Shown here piece by piece: positions 12,278 to 24,400 of a DNA stretch of 52,739 bases (position 1 is the first letter of the stretch; each line of letters starts with the position of its first letter). A program made the translations under genes and the position numbers. The stretch spans positions 1-52,739 of the forward strand of contig JAPEUI010000109.1 in the NCBI GenBank assembly GCA_026025075.1. The letters run 5' to 3'. The notes under the pieces were generated by a model, which was given only the letters and a program-made list of their open reading frames with translations, did not search any database and was not told the DNA's origin. This DNA is from Vezdaea acicularis (Eukaryota).

Positions 12278-12908
12278 GCGCGTGTCTCAAATGCTTTCTG
12301 GAGGTTTGAATGCCTTGGGTACTATTCATGAAGACCATGCGACTGCGCGAGCGCTGTAAATTTCTCTACCCTGCAAGTTATCTTTTCTTAGATGAAGACT
12401 GAGTAAATAGTCTAAGAATTTGCCGTCATAGGCGATACACCAAGGATACTCGCTCCTGGTTATGATTTCCAAGTGAGGTAGAGCATAAAGCAACGGAGCA
12501 TTATTCAGATCTGTGAGAGTTCACGACATCCTGAGATAGGACCGCAAGTTCATTAGAGCTTTAGATTAGGTTCGAGTTCTCATGTATAGATAGTCAGAAT
12601 GCGCGAAGCCATATCATCCCGTCGCCTATCAATTCTTTATGTGCTAGATCCCAGCTAGAGCCCCACGTCATCTCTCATTAAGGCCGAATCTTGAATCCCC
12701 ACCCCATCCGCCCCAAAAGCTAATATAGAACCAAAGAGAGTCGTTTCTATAGGACATTTGCAACGGAATAGAGTATACTACTTGCTTGCATTAAAGTCGA
12801 AGGAAGGCGTCGAAGCTGTCTGAGGGACACGATATACATTGAGCTTGGTGTGTTTCCACCAATCGTAACCCTATTGATTATAGGAATGTGTAAGAGTGAC
12901 TAGGCTTT

Positions 12909-13416
12909 TCAGCACATGTCAAAGCAGCACTCGCAGCAATCGGCGCAACATTCACAACCCTCTTCGCATACGCAGCAACAGCAAAGGGTTGCAAGGCTAG
13001 AGGAACGAGCATACGTCAGCGAGACCACAAGGCCAATGACTGTGCATGCTGCGGCAGCGGTGGAAATGAAACCTCCGACTCTGACAGAATCGGAATGGGC
13101 GAAACTTACATTGTAGCCAAACAGCCATTGTTGCCCCGTCGTTGCTTCACTTGCTGAGGTGGGCCTTGCTGGTATTGCATCTTCATAAACCCCAAGATTA
13201 GTAAATTCTACCAACAGAAGACACTATGGTTTATCCCTTCGTATGAGTGCCAGGTGGACTTACATTCTGAGGCGCGCCATATGGCTGGGCTCCATATTGC
13301 GGGGCGCCATATTGTGGGGCACCATACGGAGGACCGCCGTATTGCTGTCCACCTCCATAAGCCTGCGGAGGTGGTTGAGGCCCTTGCCCACCCTGATAGT
13401 AACCCGCAGCCGACAT
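12909..13416 (-). CDS. CYSTM-type cysteine-rich tail-anchored membrane protein (3 exons)
   Basis: G/Q/P/Y-rich N-terminus with YGAPQ repeats; spliced middle exon MQYQQGPPQQVKQRRGNNGCLATI; tail LATLCCCCVCEEGCECCADCCECCFDMC. Confidence 0.85.
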
Positions 13417-14780
13417 CGTAAATCGATATGATTGCGATAGCTTCTAGTTAAGGCAAAGATTGATGTGGCCCGGTGATGTTGCCGATATCGTCAATGACGT
13501 ATGTTGGGAATGATGGATCTTGTTCGCTTCACGAATATCCTTAATCTCAGATGTGTATTCGGCAAGCTCAAATAAGCCCTGAGAGAAGGTCCAGCTAGTA
13601 TAACGAAAGAAAGAAAGCACGGTCGTCTAGATCTGTCAGATAACTCGGCGTATGTAAGGTACTAGAAGGCGTTACAGCCAAGAATTGAGTGGCAGCTACG
13701 AACTGTTGTGCCGCGCCGCACAGTGGCGAGATCGAATCAACTTAACCGGCATGTGTCAGTCGGCAGAACCCGCTGAGCTATCTGCGTCCACCCACCCTTA
13801 GCCCGTAAACATGGCGGGGTGCCTGTATGTAATTGTTTTGAAGCAATTAGTAACATTGAACACCGAGTGGGATCTAGCTTAGGGGAGATGGAGAAAAAAC
13901 CATGTGCCCTTCTAACAAAGAAAATCCGACACAGCCATGACGTGGCGTTTATTACATTGTAACACAATAAAGTGGTCATCAAAGCATGATATCTTGCTCT
14001 AGGGGAGCGCTCACGACGTGCAGACGCACTCAAACCAAGCTCAGATCAGGGCGGCATCGGAGCGATCCCTTGTCAATATTCAGATCAACCCTGCTCTACA
14101 ATGCCAAATCTGCTCTATGATATCAAACCTTGACTAACGCAAGGCGTTGGATTAGGTGAAGATCCCGCATGTCGGCATCCTAGACATGAATAGAACTTCA
14201 GAAACCCTAGTTAGTTCTCGGTTCTCGTCAGCCAACATCAAAAATCACTACAGGGAGAGGTTCAGCAAATGATCTGGTTAGTACGCTACTGTTCTATTTA
14301 AAGGTCGAAGGTTGATCGCAAGCCTAGATTTCTGAGATGACCATCGAAATCGCTGCTGCTTCAGGTCTCAATCAAAGACCAGCAAAGATTCATAATGAGG
14401 CTTCTCTAAAATGGCAGACCATCATTACTAGAATTCGAGTTAAGAGGAATGCTCGATTTGAATTGTGGATTGCCTGAACCTTACTGACGGCAAGCCTGGT
14501 CGACGCGTCCAATGGGGAGGAATCGTTTAGATCTTTTGGATGTTGCGGCCAGGGGGGAAGGTACCAATGAGAATCCAGCGCCCATACGTCCGCGGCTGCG
14601 CCTATGGGGCTGCAGCATATGGCTATACCATTGGATAACCCAACGCATTGAAGTCGGGCTCGATCGCTGAAGGTTCTTCAGAACACCTTAACCGTCTAGC
14701 ATGGCAGCCGTAACTCTACAGGACAATAACACGCTAATCGTTGATCAAGCCGGCAAAGCAGATGTATCGCGCCTCCGGGA

Positions 14781-17700
14781 ATGGCAGACGCATCGTCTTC
14801 ACCAGCATTCACGCTTGAAGAGGCCTATGCGGATGCTGTTGCGCAACTCGAACGCCTTCAACAGGCAGGCCACTTATCATTAGTTGACTATAACATCGTG
14901 GTAGATACGAGACGACCAGAAGAGCTACTAGCTATTATCAACGATGCTGCCACTCGCAGTGCCAAATCCCACCCGGATGCCAAAAAAAGAGTTCAACGCG
15001 TTGTGGAGCCCCTTCTCATGAGACTGGAAAGATTTGGAAGTGCTATTGATCTTTTAGCGCAATGTTCCCCTCAGATTACGGGCGTCAATATTGTAGGACT
15101 AATATGGGGATCAGTCAAGTTTCTCCTCGTCATCGCGCGAGATATAATCGATACATTCCAGAGCGTGTTGAATACCTTGGACTCGATTTTTAAAGCACTA
15201 CCTGTATTGGATATATACCATAAGCTGTTTGGATCTTCAAATATTCAGCTCATCCGGGCACCTCTTGTCAAGATGTATGCAGAGTTTGTCGCATTTGCGG
15301 TTCAAGCGGTCAAATCTTTTAATCGATCTGAAATGCGAACACTTGTCCGATCAGCGTGGAGCTCTCTGCAAAAAGAACTTAAATTGTGTATAATCAGAAT
15401 AGAAAAAGCGGGAGAGGATCTGGATAAAGCCGCGCAAATAGAACATCTAAACCAAGCAGAACAGATGCATAGCAACTTGAAGTTAGAAATCGAAAAGCAA
15501 GAGAGGTTCCGGCGTGAGGTCAGGCTTTACTTTGGTCAGACTATCGATAGTCGCATTTCCACTGATTTTGCCTTACCTCCTCTTAACGACGCTCCCATCG
15601 ACCTTTTGTCGGTACATTTCTATGGCCGCAATCAAGAAATTGAGCTTCTAGGTCGGCTTTTCCAGAAAAAGTACGGAGATAGTCCCACGCGTTGTGCGAT
15701 TCACGGAATGCCAGGCCTTGGCAAAACTCAGTTAGCACTGAAGTATGTGAAGGTTTCTTACGACCTTAAACGCTATTCACATGTATTTTGGATATCTGCT
15801 GCTACAATCGAGAGGCTCAATCAAGGCTTTTCTAAGATGCTTGATCTCCTAAATCACACGGATCGTTATCACCCAGAGCAGAACACAAAATTGACAGCAG
15901 CGCGCCGTTGGCTAGAAACGTCTCAATCAGGCAGCTCTAGGACCTGGCTACTCATCTTTGATAACGTAAATATAGACACACTCGAATTTATTCGAGAGCA
16001 CCTTCCCCGCCAAAACTCGCAAGGAAATATTTTATTCACAACAAGGACCGATGGAATCGCCAAAGCTGTAGTCCACGCAGCTGGAGAACAACATCAAGTT
16101 CTAGAGCTTCAAACTCCAAGCGTAGATGATGCGGCAAAACTACTCCTGGACCATTCTGAGATCGATGAGAGTAAGGTACCCTCCGCTTTGACTAAAGCAA
16201 GAAGATTGGTTGAAAGCGTTGGTTGCTTGCCGCTTGCTATCGGTCAAGCGGCGTCATTCATGAAACAATCACATAAGACTTTGGACGATCTATTGGTCCT
16301 GTACAGGGACGAGCACAAATTCCAGGTTCTAAGTTGGGAGAATGATCTGACCTCCTATGAGCAAAAATCTGTTACGGCCACCTTTGTTTCTCAATTTGAT
16401 ACTCTAGATCGCCTTCATCCTGAAACAAGCAGTCTCTTAAAAATACTCTCATTCTTGGACCCTGAAGGCATACCAGTTGACATGATTGTCGAAGGAGCCA
16501 AGACTTTGTTGCAGCAACCTTCTTCAACGATGCTGCTAGACAATTCTGCACAAGCGAGTAGATCAGTAACTCGCCTGGCGCACATTTTCAAAAGAAAACA
16601 ACGAAAACGACAGACCCCGATTAGCTTGTCCGAAAACGGCTCCTCGCAGAAATCTGATATTAGTTGTGATCCAATCATATGGTCGAGACTGGAAGCATTG
16701 GCTCAAACACCTATACAGCTGCAGAAAGCTATTCAGCAGCTTCAGAACCACTCATTAGTTGAGCATCTTCTTGATGTGAACACGCCTATACTTCGTTTGC
16801 ATGATTTGATACAATTCATGGTTCAGCAAAGAGTAAAGGTAGAGAGAACCGAAAATGAAAATTTCATCTTGGCGACAACGGTTGTCTGTAATGCCTTTCA
16901 AAAGGTTAGAAACCCCGAATCCAGCAAATCCTGGGTTCAGTGCGAGATGTATATTCCACATATTCAGTCTTTGCTTGCAAGAGATAGTGTCCATGGTCAA
17001 AACGCCTTAAGGCTTTTTTGGGCTGGCGCCGATATTGCAAGATACATGGGAGTAAGAGGACGCTTCGAAGAAGCCGCTAATATTCTAAAACGCACGCTAG
17101 AGGGCTGTGAGCGACAGCTGGGCCCAGACCGGGAAGATACGCTAAGAATGAGACACGCTCTTGGGAACCTCCTTATGAATCAAGGCCAATACGCTGAAGC
17201 TGAAGAGCTGTTCCGGCGAGTGCTAAAAAGAAGGGAGGAGATAGATTCAGACAGTCCTGATACTCTAAGGGCAATGGGTGGTCTTGCAAGTGCTCATGTG
17301 GCGCAAGGTCAATGTTTAGAGGCGGAACAGCTATACCTAAAGGTACTCGAAAACCTCGAGAAACAGATTGGTAAGGAACACCCAGATACTCTAAGGACAT
17401 TGGACGGTCTCGCATGGGTTTATAGCTATCAGGGCCAATATTCAAAAGCCAAAGATCTATATATACGGGGGCTTCAGGGGTGGCAAAAACTAATGGGTAC
17501 AAACAACCCCGAAGCATTAAGAGCGATGCGAAATCTTGCCAACGTATATTGCCAACAAATGGCTTACTCCCAGGCAGAGTCCTTGTATAAACGTGCGCTT
17601 GAAGAGTCGGAGAAAGAACTAGGGTGGGACCATCTCAGTACTTTGGAAGCTGCAGGAGGCCTTGCGATTGCCTACTCAAGTCAAAGTCGCTACCAGGAAG

Positions 17701-18089
17701 CGGAGCAGCTTTACAAGCGAGCACTCCTGGGCTTTCAGAAGTATCTAAAACCAGAGCACCCTCAAATAACAACAATTTTGCATAACCTTGCACTCGTCTA
17801 CAGCAATCTTGATAGGCACTCGGAAGCCGAAGAGCTATACAGGCAGGCATTGGAAGGAGAGGAAAAGCATTTGGGTCCGAACCACCCAGAGACTCTTGGA
17901 ACAGTAAACAATCTTGCGATGTTCTACGTGAATCAAGGCCGCTATACAGCAGCGGAGCAACTTTATTCTCGAGCGCTTGAGGGCCGAAAGAAATGCCTAG
18001 GCCATGACCATCCTGAAACGCTGAAGACGTTGGACAATATTGCAACCCTCCGTCAGCTGATGAACGCTCCTTCAATGACGCCTGGTTAG
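14781..18089 (+). CDS. Fungal NLR-like STAND protein: helical N-terminal (Goodbye-like) domain, NB-ARC, TPR repeats; intronless
   Basis: Walker A GMPGLGKT, Walker B WLLIFDNV, ILFTTR, GCLPLAI, LRLHD. About 8 kinesin-light-chain-like 42-aa TPRs (LGPNHPETLGTVNNLA). N-terminal LERFGSAIDLLAQ...GLIWGSVKFLL motif. Confidence 0.92.
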   Translation: MADASSSPAFTLEEAYADAVAQLERLQQAGHLSLVDYNIVVDTRRPEELLAIINDAATRSAKSHPDAKKRVQRVVEPLLMRLERFGSAIDLLAQCSPQITGVNIVGLIWGSVKFLLVIARDIIDTFQSVLNTLDSIFKALPVLDIYHKLFGSSNIQLIRAPLVKMYAEFVAFAVQAVKSFNRSEMRTLVRSAWSSLQKELKLCIIRIEKAGEDLDKAAQIEHLNQAEQMHSNLKLEIEKQERFRREVRLYFGQTIDSRISTDFALPPLNDAPIDLLSVHFYGRNQEIELLGRLFQKKYGDSPTRCAIHGMPGLGKTQLALKYVKVSYDLKRYSHVFWISAATIERLNQGFSKMLDLLNHTDRYHPEQNTKLTAARRWLETSQSGSSRTWLLIFDNVNIDTLEFIREHLPRQNSQGNILFTTRTDGIAKAVVHAAGEQHQVLELQTPSVDDAAKLLLDHSEIDESKVPSALTKARRLVESVGCLPLAIGQAASFMKQSHKTLDDLLVLYRDEHKFQVLSWENDLTSYEQKSVTATFVSQFDTLDRLHPETSSLLKILSFLDPEGIPVDMIVEGAKTLLQQPSSTMLLDNSAQASRSVTRLAHIFKRKQRKRQTPISLSENGSSQKSDISCDPIIWSRLEALAQTPIQLQKAIQQLQNHSLVEHLLDVNTPILRLHDLIQFMVQQRVKVERTENENFILATTVVCNAFQKVRNPESSKSWVQCEMYIPHIQSLLARDSVHGQNALRLFWAGADIARYMGVRGRFEEAANILKRTLEGCERQLGPDREDTLRMRHALGNLLMNQGQYAEAEELFRRVLKRREEIDSDSPDTLRAMGGLASAHVAQGQCLEAEQLYLKVLENLEKQIGKEHPDTLRTLDGLAWVYSYQGQYSKAKDLYIRGLQGWQKLMGTNNPEALRAMRNLANVYCQQMAYSQAESLYKRALEESEKELGWDHLSTLEAAGGLAIAYSSQSRYQEAEQLYKRALLGFQKYLKPEHPQITTILHNLALVYSNLDRHSEAEELYRQALEGEEKHLGPNHPETLGTVNNLAMFYVNQGRYTAAEQLYSRALEGRKKCLGHDHPETLKTLDNIATLRQLMNAPSMTPG

Positions 18090-18241
18090 TCATTACAGAG
18101 ACATAACCTAAGTCATTCACATTCGAAGGCAATTTGATTTGGGATTGAGAGTATGTAAGCACATGCTCATGGAGTCGGCGGATGCTCTCAGGGGTCTCCG
18201 CTCCCACGTTCGCAAGCATTTCCAATGCAAACTCGTAACGT

Positions 18242-20480
18242 TTATGGGGTAATGTTGTGGCGAGCCTTGATCAAATCGGCAGCCTAAATTCAAAGATTCA
18301 TCAGTATTCTCAGCAGCAGAGAAAGAGTAAAGGAGCCCACCTTTTCAGCAACCGCATAAACAGTCGCACTGAGGTGCGTTGCGGGTATCAAAGGCATGAT
18401 GCTCGCATCCACGACGCTCAGTCTTGCCACGCCATACACCAACAAGTTTGCATCGACCACGCCGCCAAGCTCCCTATTCATCATTGCGCATGTACAGCAC
18501 GGATGTGAATAGCTCGGGACTATCAGGTCCTTTAATGCTACCCGCAGCTCCTCATCTGTCGTGAGATTTGCACCGGGTGATAGTTCCAGCAGACCAAGTT
18601 CCTGCATCGGCGGAGACGCTATTGCTGCCCTGTTGATGCGAAGCGCAGCGATAATTGTTTCAAGATCTGTTGGGTCACTCAAGACACCAAAGTCGATCAC
18701 AGGCTGGCTTAGAACGTCCGTGGTATTAATTTGAATGGATCCACGGCTAAGAGGCTTGACAAGCGTGATAGGGACCGTATTGCCTCCACCCCACCCTGTT
18801 TCCTGAACAGACGCGTTCGTGGAGCCATATAAGCGGAGCACGATTGAGCGCTGCGCAGCATAGCCAGCCAAAATAGCGGCGTCTGCAGATGAAGGGTGTA
18901 TTGCCGCCAGGGCTTGAGAGCTGCCGAGTTTTATGATTGATTGATAGTCAGAGGTAATGTTCGGCAGCGGAAGGAACACAACGGTATTACCAGACTGTGC
19001 TGTAATGGTGTATGGACCTTGGCGACTGGACTGGTAAAGAGCCAATTGCTCATTGGCATAAGTTTGGTTGGATGCCAGCATTCCAACGTTTGGCACAAGT
19101 GGATTTGAAACTAAAAGCCATTTGAGTTAGCGACGCATGTTCAATTGCAGTATTGAACAACCACGGAAATTGCAGGAGCACTTATGTGTTTAAAAGGGAG
19201 CCTTGTCCTACGACATATAACGCAGATAAGGCAACTACGTACCATTGTAGAAAGAGTACAGAGTCGGATGATCCTGGAAATTCTGGCCAACGCCAGGCAG
19301 ATCTACCGTTGCGCCAATTCCCAGACTCTGAAGGAGACCACTGGGACCAATGCCAGAGAGTTGGAGGACTTGGGGGGAATGGACAGATCCTGCCGCCAAG
19401 ACAACCTCCGTTTTGGCCATGGCTGTGCTAGTTTGGTTGGTCTCCCGAGACACATACTCAACCCCAGTAGCTACCCCGACTTCGAAGATTATTCTTTGTA
19501 CAGCAGTATTGGGGAGGAGATGATAATTCGGTCGTGACCCGATGACCCGGTCATAGTGTGCCGTTCGCGCATATGATCGAGTCTCGTCTTTGGGGTCAAG
19601 GGAACTTGGTGCCCAGAATGCCCCTTGGGCTTTGCCGTTACCTGGATCCTGTGCTGTCGAAACCCCAATGCTAGACCATGCTCGGAAGAAGTTTTCTAAA
19701 TAGGATAGTTCAGTTGGCATGGCGGCCCCTCTAGATCAATTTTCAAAATCTGGGATACGCACTGATAGAGGGAAACTGAAAAGTGGGATAGCTTGATTGG
19801 ACCGGCCCGCCGAATCCATGTACGGAATCATCCCATGAAATATCAAACTCTTCCGCGAAGCTTTGAGCAGCCGGAGTAAAGTTTTCGCTCTGCCAGATTT
19901 CAGAATTAGGATCTTCGCCCTAGCAGATCTGAAATCAGGTGCTACCTACTTTCTTGAAGTAAGGGAGAAGATCATCCCAACCCCACCCTAATGCTCCCAG
20001 CTCAGTCCACGCATCGTAATCTGCCGCGGACCCACGGTCAAAGAACATGCCGTTTATCACGGTACCTCCACCCACAACAGCTGCAGCTGGAACGCTGAAC
20101 GTGCCATTATTCAATCCAGGCTGAGGAATGCTCGTGAGATTGAATTTATAAGGGGTTGTTGTCAAGTTGAGAAGGCCAGGTACCAGAACAGAGTCTTCAT
20201 GATTATCAAGAGGGCCGTACTCGATTACTAGCACTGTGGCTATTTGCCGTCGCGTATGAGCTTCTGTCCAATGCAAAGGGTACGGAAGGGATTACTTACT
20301 GTTCGAGTCCTCAGTCAAGCGGTCTGCAACAGTAAGGCCACTAGTTCCTCCTCCTATGATAACGAAGTCATATGAAGCATTCAATGCCGTGTCGCGGCCA
20401 ACAATTTGGGCATACTGCGGTAAGGCAAATCCTCTGCTTACCGCAAGACCGAGCGCAAGAAATACGACGTGAGCTAACAT
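18242..20480 (-). CDS. Secreted GMC oxidoreductase (AA3_2-like), multi-exon
   Basis: Signal-peptide-like N-terminus; FAD motif YDFVIIGGGTSGLTVADRL; GGGTVINGM; LAAGSVHSPQVLQLSGIG; VGQNFQDHP; SYSHPCCTCAM; GVVDANLLVYGVARLSVVDASIMP. Last exon AADLIKARHNITP ends at TAA 18244-18242. Confidence 0.93.
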
Positions 20481-21405
20481 ATCTACCTAGGTCTAGAGAT
20501 GTATCGATACGGTCCCAAGTCAAGTGGATCGTGTAGCTGAGCGATAGATCTGTCATAATGAAAGGAAGCAGAAGGACTTAAGTGCCTTCCCCACTATTTA
20601 ACGTGTAACGTGAATTTACTGATCCGAGGGCTTTCGGTGTATACGTCCGTAAGATATGTGAAACGTAGACGTAATGACCCGATGTCTGAGCTTTGTATGG
20701 ATGACATTGGTACTGGCAAGAAGGATTCCAAAAGCCCCCCCCCCGGCCCTACCTCCGCGAGAAGATTATAACCTTAATACTACATTCAGACTTGAGACTA
20801 AGGCATAAGAACTAATTTGAGAAGATTGTTCATCTTTCTATTCCAAAATCCAGAACAGCTACAGCGCGTCAGAAGCATGGGTTTAGTAATACCACAACCA
20901 AAAAGGTTTTACGCGCTGGTGGTTAAGGACTGGTGATCATTCAAGTTTAGGCGAAGGAACAACGGTTAAGGCTGAGTTAGGTTCAAGGGGAAGTCGATAT
21001 GCAAGGATCCAGATCAACTAGGCGGTCTTGGACATAAGCACTTAGAGGTTACGTCCGTATACTGATCTAGATTGTATGGGAAGGAGCCGGAGAAATACCG
21101 CACAATTACCCGACTTGAACGTGAATTCTTGGCGAATAAGCCCTGCTAAAGATGCGATGTTCAACATGTAAATGGCGAGATTGCTTCTAACAGGGCTTGT
21201 GATTTGAGGCCAAATATTAGTGGGGATCATCTGACTATAACCCGCAATTTTCGTAGATCTTAGCAGAAACATTGCGCTACGTAGACAGTACACATGGGCT
21301 TGTAAAAGCAGGATAAGGCAACCTGTCCAACAAAATAATTAATCCAATGAAGCCATAAAAGATATGAACAAGCCCCCAGTTTCGCCAGTAGATCCCATAA
21401 GCTTC

Positions 21406-24400
21406 TCATGCTCCCATTACTACAGCCTTGGCTTCTGTAAGCCACTCATCGATGTTGGTCATGGACCCCTCTAACCACCCCATCGCCTTCTCAACCACCA
21501 ATTCCCAGCTGTCCGCGTCTTTAGCTAATCTCTTCTGCAAGAAAGCTATCGCTAATACTGTCGCCCAGATCACGTCCTCATCCTTGACGCCCTTCAAATC
21601 CGTCGATATTCTGGCAAGGCCTCGTTGAGATGCCTGACTCGAGACTTGAATAGTCTCAAGGAGCTCATTAGTAAGGGTCCAGCTTCCAACAAAGGATTGT
21701 AGCGCTATGATCACATGCATGCGATCAAGGTCAGTACTTGGTTTTGGAGCTGGAGCCGGAGCCGGAGGAGCCGGAGCTGGAGCTGAAGGTGATTTCCGCC
21801 CGAGCCATCCAGAAGAAGAAACATTCCCGACCGATTTCTTAGAATTTGCAAATAGAGACTGATAGCCTTTCTTTTTCCTCTGAACACCTCCTTTAGTACT
21901 CGGCTCATGTGACGCCAGAGGAATTCGTTGTTCGTATCCACCTGTTGGTTGAGGTTGATGGCCTTCATCCTCAAACTCGACTGGATCAAAGTTGGCTGAG
22001 TCTAGAGCATGTGTACCCTCAAAGATGCCAGAGTTCGGCTCCACAAAGGGAGTTCCACTTAGCGTCGGGGTTCCACCACCGACTCCAAAAGATAGTGAAT
22101 GCCTCAGGTGCGATGCTGAAATAGGTGCAGCAGGAGCTGGAGGGTAATGACTGTTCATTCCACTACGGTCGGCAAGTAGTGAGCCAGCTTTACCGACGCG
22201 GTAGGGACTGCCTGACGGCGCTCCAGAATATGGATTACCCGCTGTTCGTCCTGGAACCTGCACCGGCGCGGATTGGAACTGCGGCATAATGGACCCTCCT
22301 CTCCTAAACTCTTTTACAGCCCCCCCCCCGCTAGCTGCCAACCGATTTCGAGTCGAGACATCAGGAGGCTGCGCCTGCTGTTGCTGACGATATTCCATGA
22401 GATTCGTCCTGAACTTTACATTTGAATCTCTTGTTAAGGTGTGGTATTTCGTTTCGTTGATAAGCCGAAGGGCACTCCGAGGGATTGCCCCGGTTGATGT
22501 GGATAGAAGAGTCCCTGAAGATATAACAGACGAATCGATTGATGCAGTATCATTAGCCATATCGTTAGAAGAACTGGTGTTGTTGTCAAATTCCATGTTT
22601 TCAGTAAGTTGAGCCATACTTCTCGCTGATGATGTGGTATCGAGGTCACTTGATTCACTCTTAAAGGCCGCGCTGCCTGAAGAGCTGGGTGTGAACAATC
22701 CTTCAGTAGAATCTCCATCGCCAGAGAGCACTTTAGAGTTCTGCCTTTTCTCAGCCCTCTCCTTCTCATCATTTAATCTCCTTAATCTGTCCTCGATCTC
22801 TTGCACGTTGCTCTCCGCAGCGACAAAGGAGCACCACTTTCCTCCGACTTGGAACTCGACCCCAAGGCGAACGGCTTCTCTTTGGACCATGTCATGGAAT
22901 TTACTCTCAAATCTTTCTTTAAGAGGGACGCCACCTTCATCTTTAGCATCAAAGACCCAGCCGCGCCCTTCTTCAAGTTCCTGGACGGCCTTCTTGGCTG
23001 CTAACTGATGGAAGGTCTCCCCAGGCTCTTGTAGGATTTGAACAGGGATCTCCAACTCCAACGGTCCTCGGGCAGAGTGACCTTTGAGAATGACAGACCT
23101 CGGAGTTCTGTCCACTGTATCGGGCGACATGAGGAGATAGACCATAGTCCTTGAGAAAGGGAAGAGCGGCGGTATCTTGTTTGGAGCTTGCATTAACTTT
23201 GGTGGGGTGAGCGAAGGCAGATGGCTGAAGCGCTCCATCCCATCCGAGTCTGAAACGTCAGTGCTATTGTTTTCAGTAATATTTTCATCGAAAAGTGAGA
23301 TAGGTTTTTGAGGCGCTGGTTCTGGTTCCCTTAAAGAGTCGCTCATGAGTATGTGGAGCTCATCCGTTACTTTGGCGATGAGCTCAAACCCATCATCGGC
23401 GCTCGAGTCGTATTTGACTTCCAAGGAATAATTCGTGACATGTGGCGATAAAGCGCCCTTGAGCATACGAACAACCTTACCGTCCATCTTTTCACCGTTG
23501 TTAACAACCTGACTAAAGCCATTTCCGGCTCTAGCAATCCCTTCGATCAAAGAATGTGAAACACCATCGCCGATACCAAGGGTGAAGACCCTTATGGGTG
23601 CTTCGCTCTCAATGATCTCCTTGTTCAGATAAGAAAACAGTTCTTGTTGATTGTATATCTCTCCATCGGTGAGGAGCATGACCTCAAGCGAGAGGTCGCG
23701 GTATCGATTTTCGAGGGTCGCCTTTACTGGGGTGAACATTTCAGTGCCACCAAAGTCGGCGCTAAACTTTTCGACATGACGCATAGCCTCTTTAAGTGAA
23801 GATTCATCGTATGCTTTGCTTTTAGGCCATAGAAATTTATGGCTCGATCCGAAGGAACAGATATTGAATTTAACCCCTATTGGAATTGATTTCAAGAAGA
23901 CCTTTAGTGCAGAGACCAGTGTTGGAATATTGCTGTGCATGCTTCCACTTCTATCTGCAATGAAGACAATCTCGGGTCGAGAAGGTGGTAGTTGAAATTT
24001 TGGGACCAGGGACACCGCTAGGGCTCTCTGTCCAGCGATGTGGGGGTGGGTCTCCAGCAGTGCAATTGGCTTCGTGGTCTCTTTAGCTGAGATGGAAATA
24101 ACAAAGTCCTTATCAAGCTCGGTGGAGCCCAGTGAGAGCATTGCTGATGCTTTATTCATAGCAGGGGCTTCTTCGGACGTAGTCGAGGTATTTCCCATCG
24201 TCACTGCAATCGGGTGGGTTGAGGATTGCATGCCACGAACGAAGGTCTCTTCATCCATCATAACGTCGACTACAATCTTTATGCCACCAGTTCCGCGGGA
24301 AGATTTGGCAAGATTTGATGATAATTCGGCAGATGAGGATCCATAGCGTGGAGCAATTGCAGTTGGTATAGTAAAACGAATACCGTCGACTTCAGCATCG

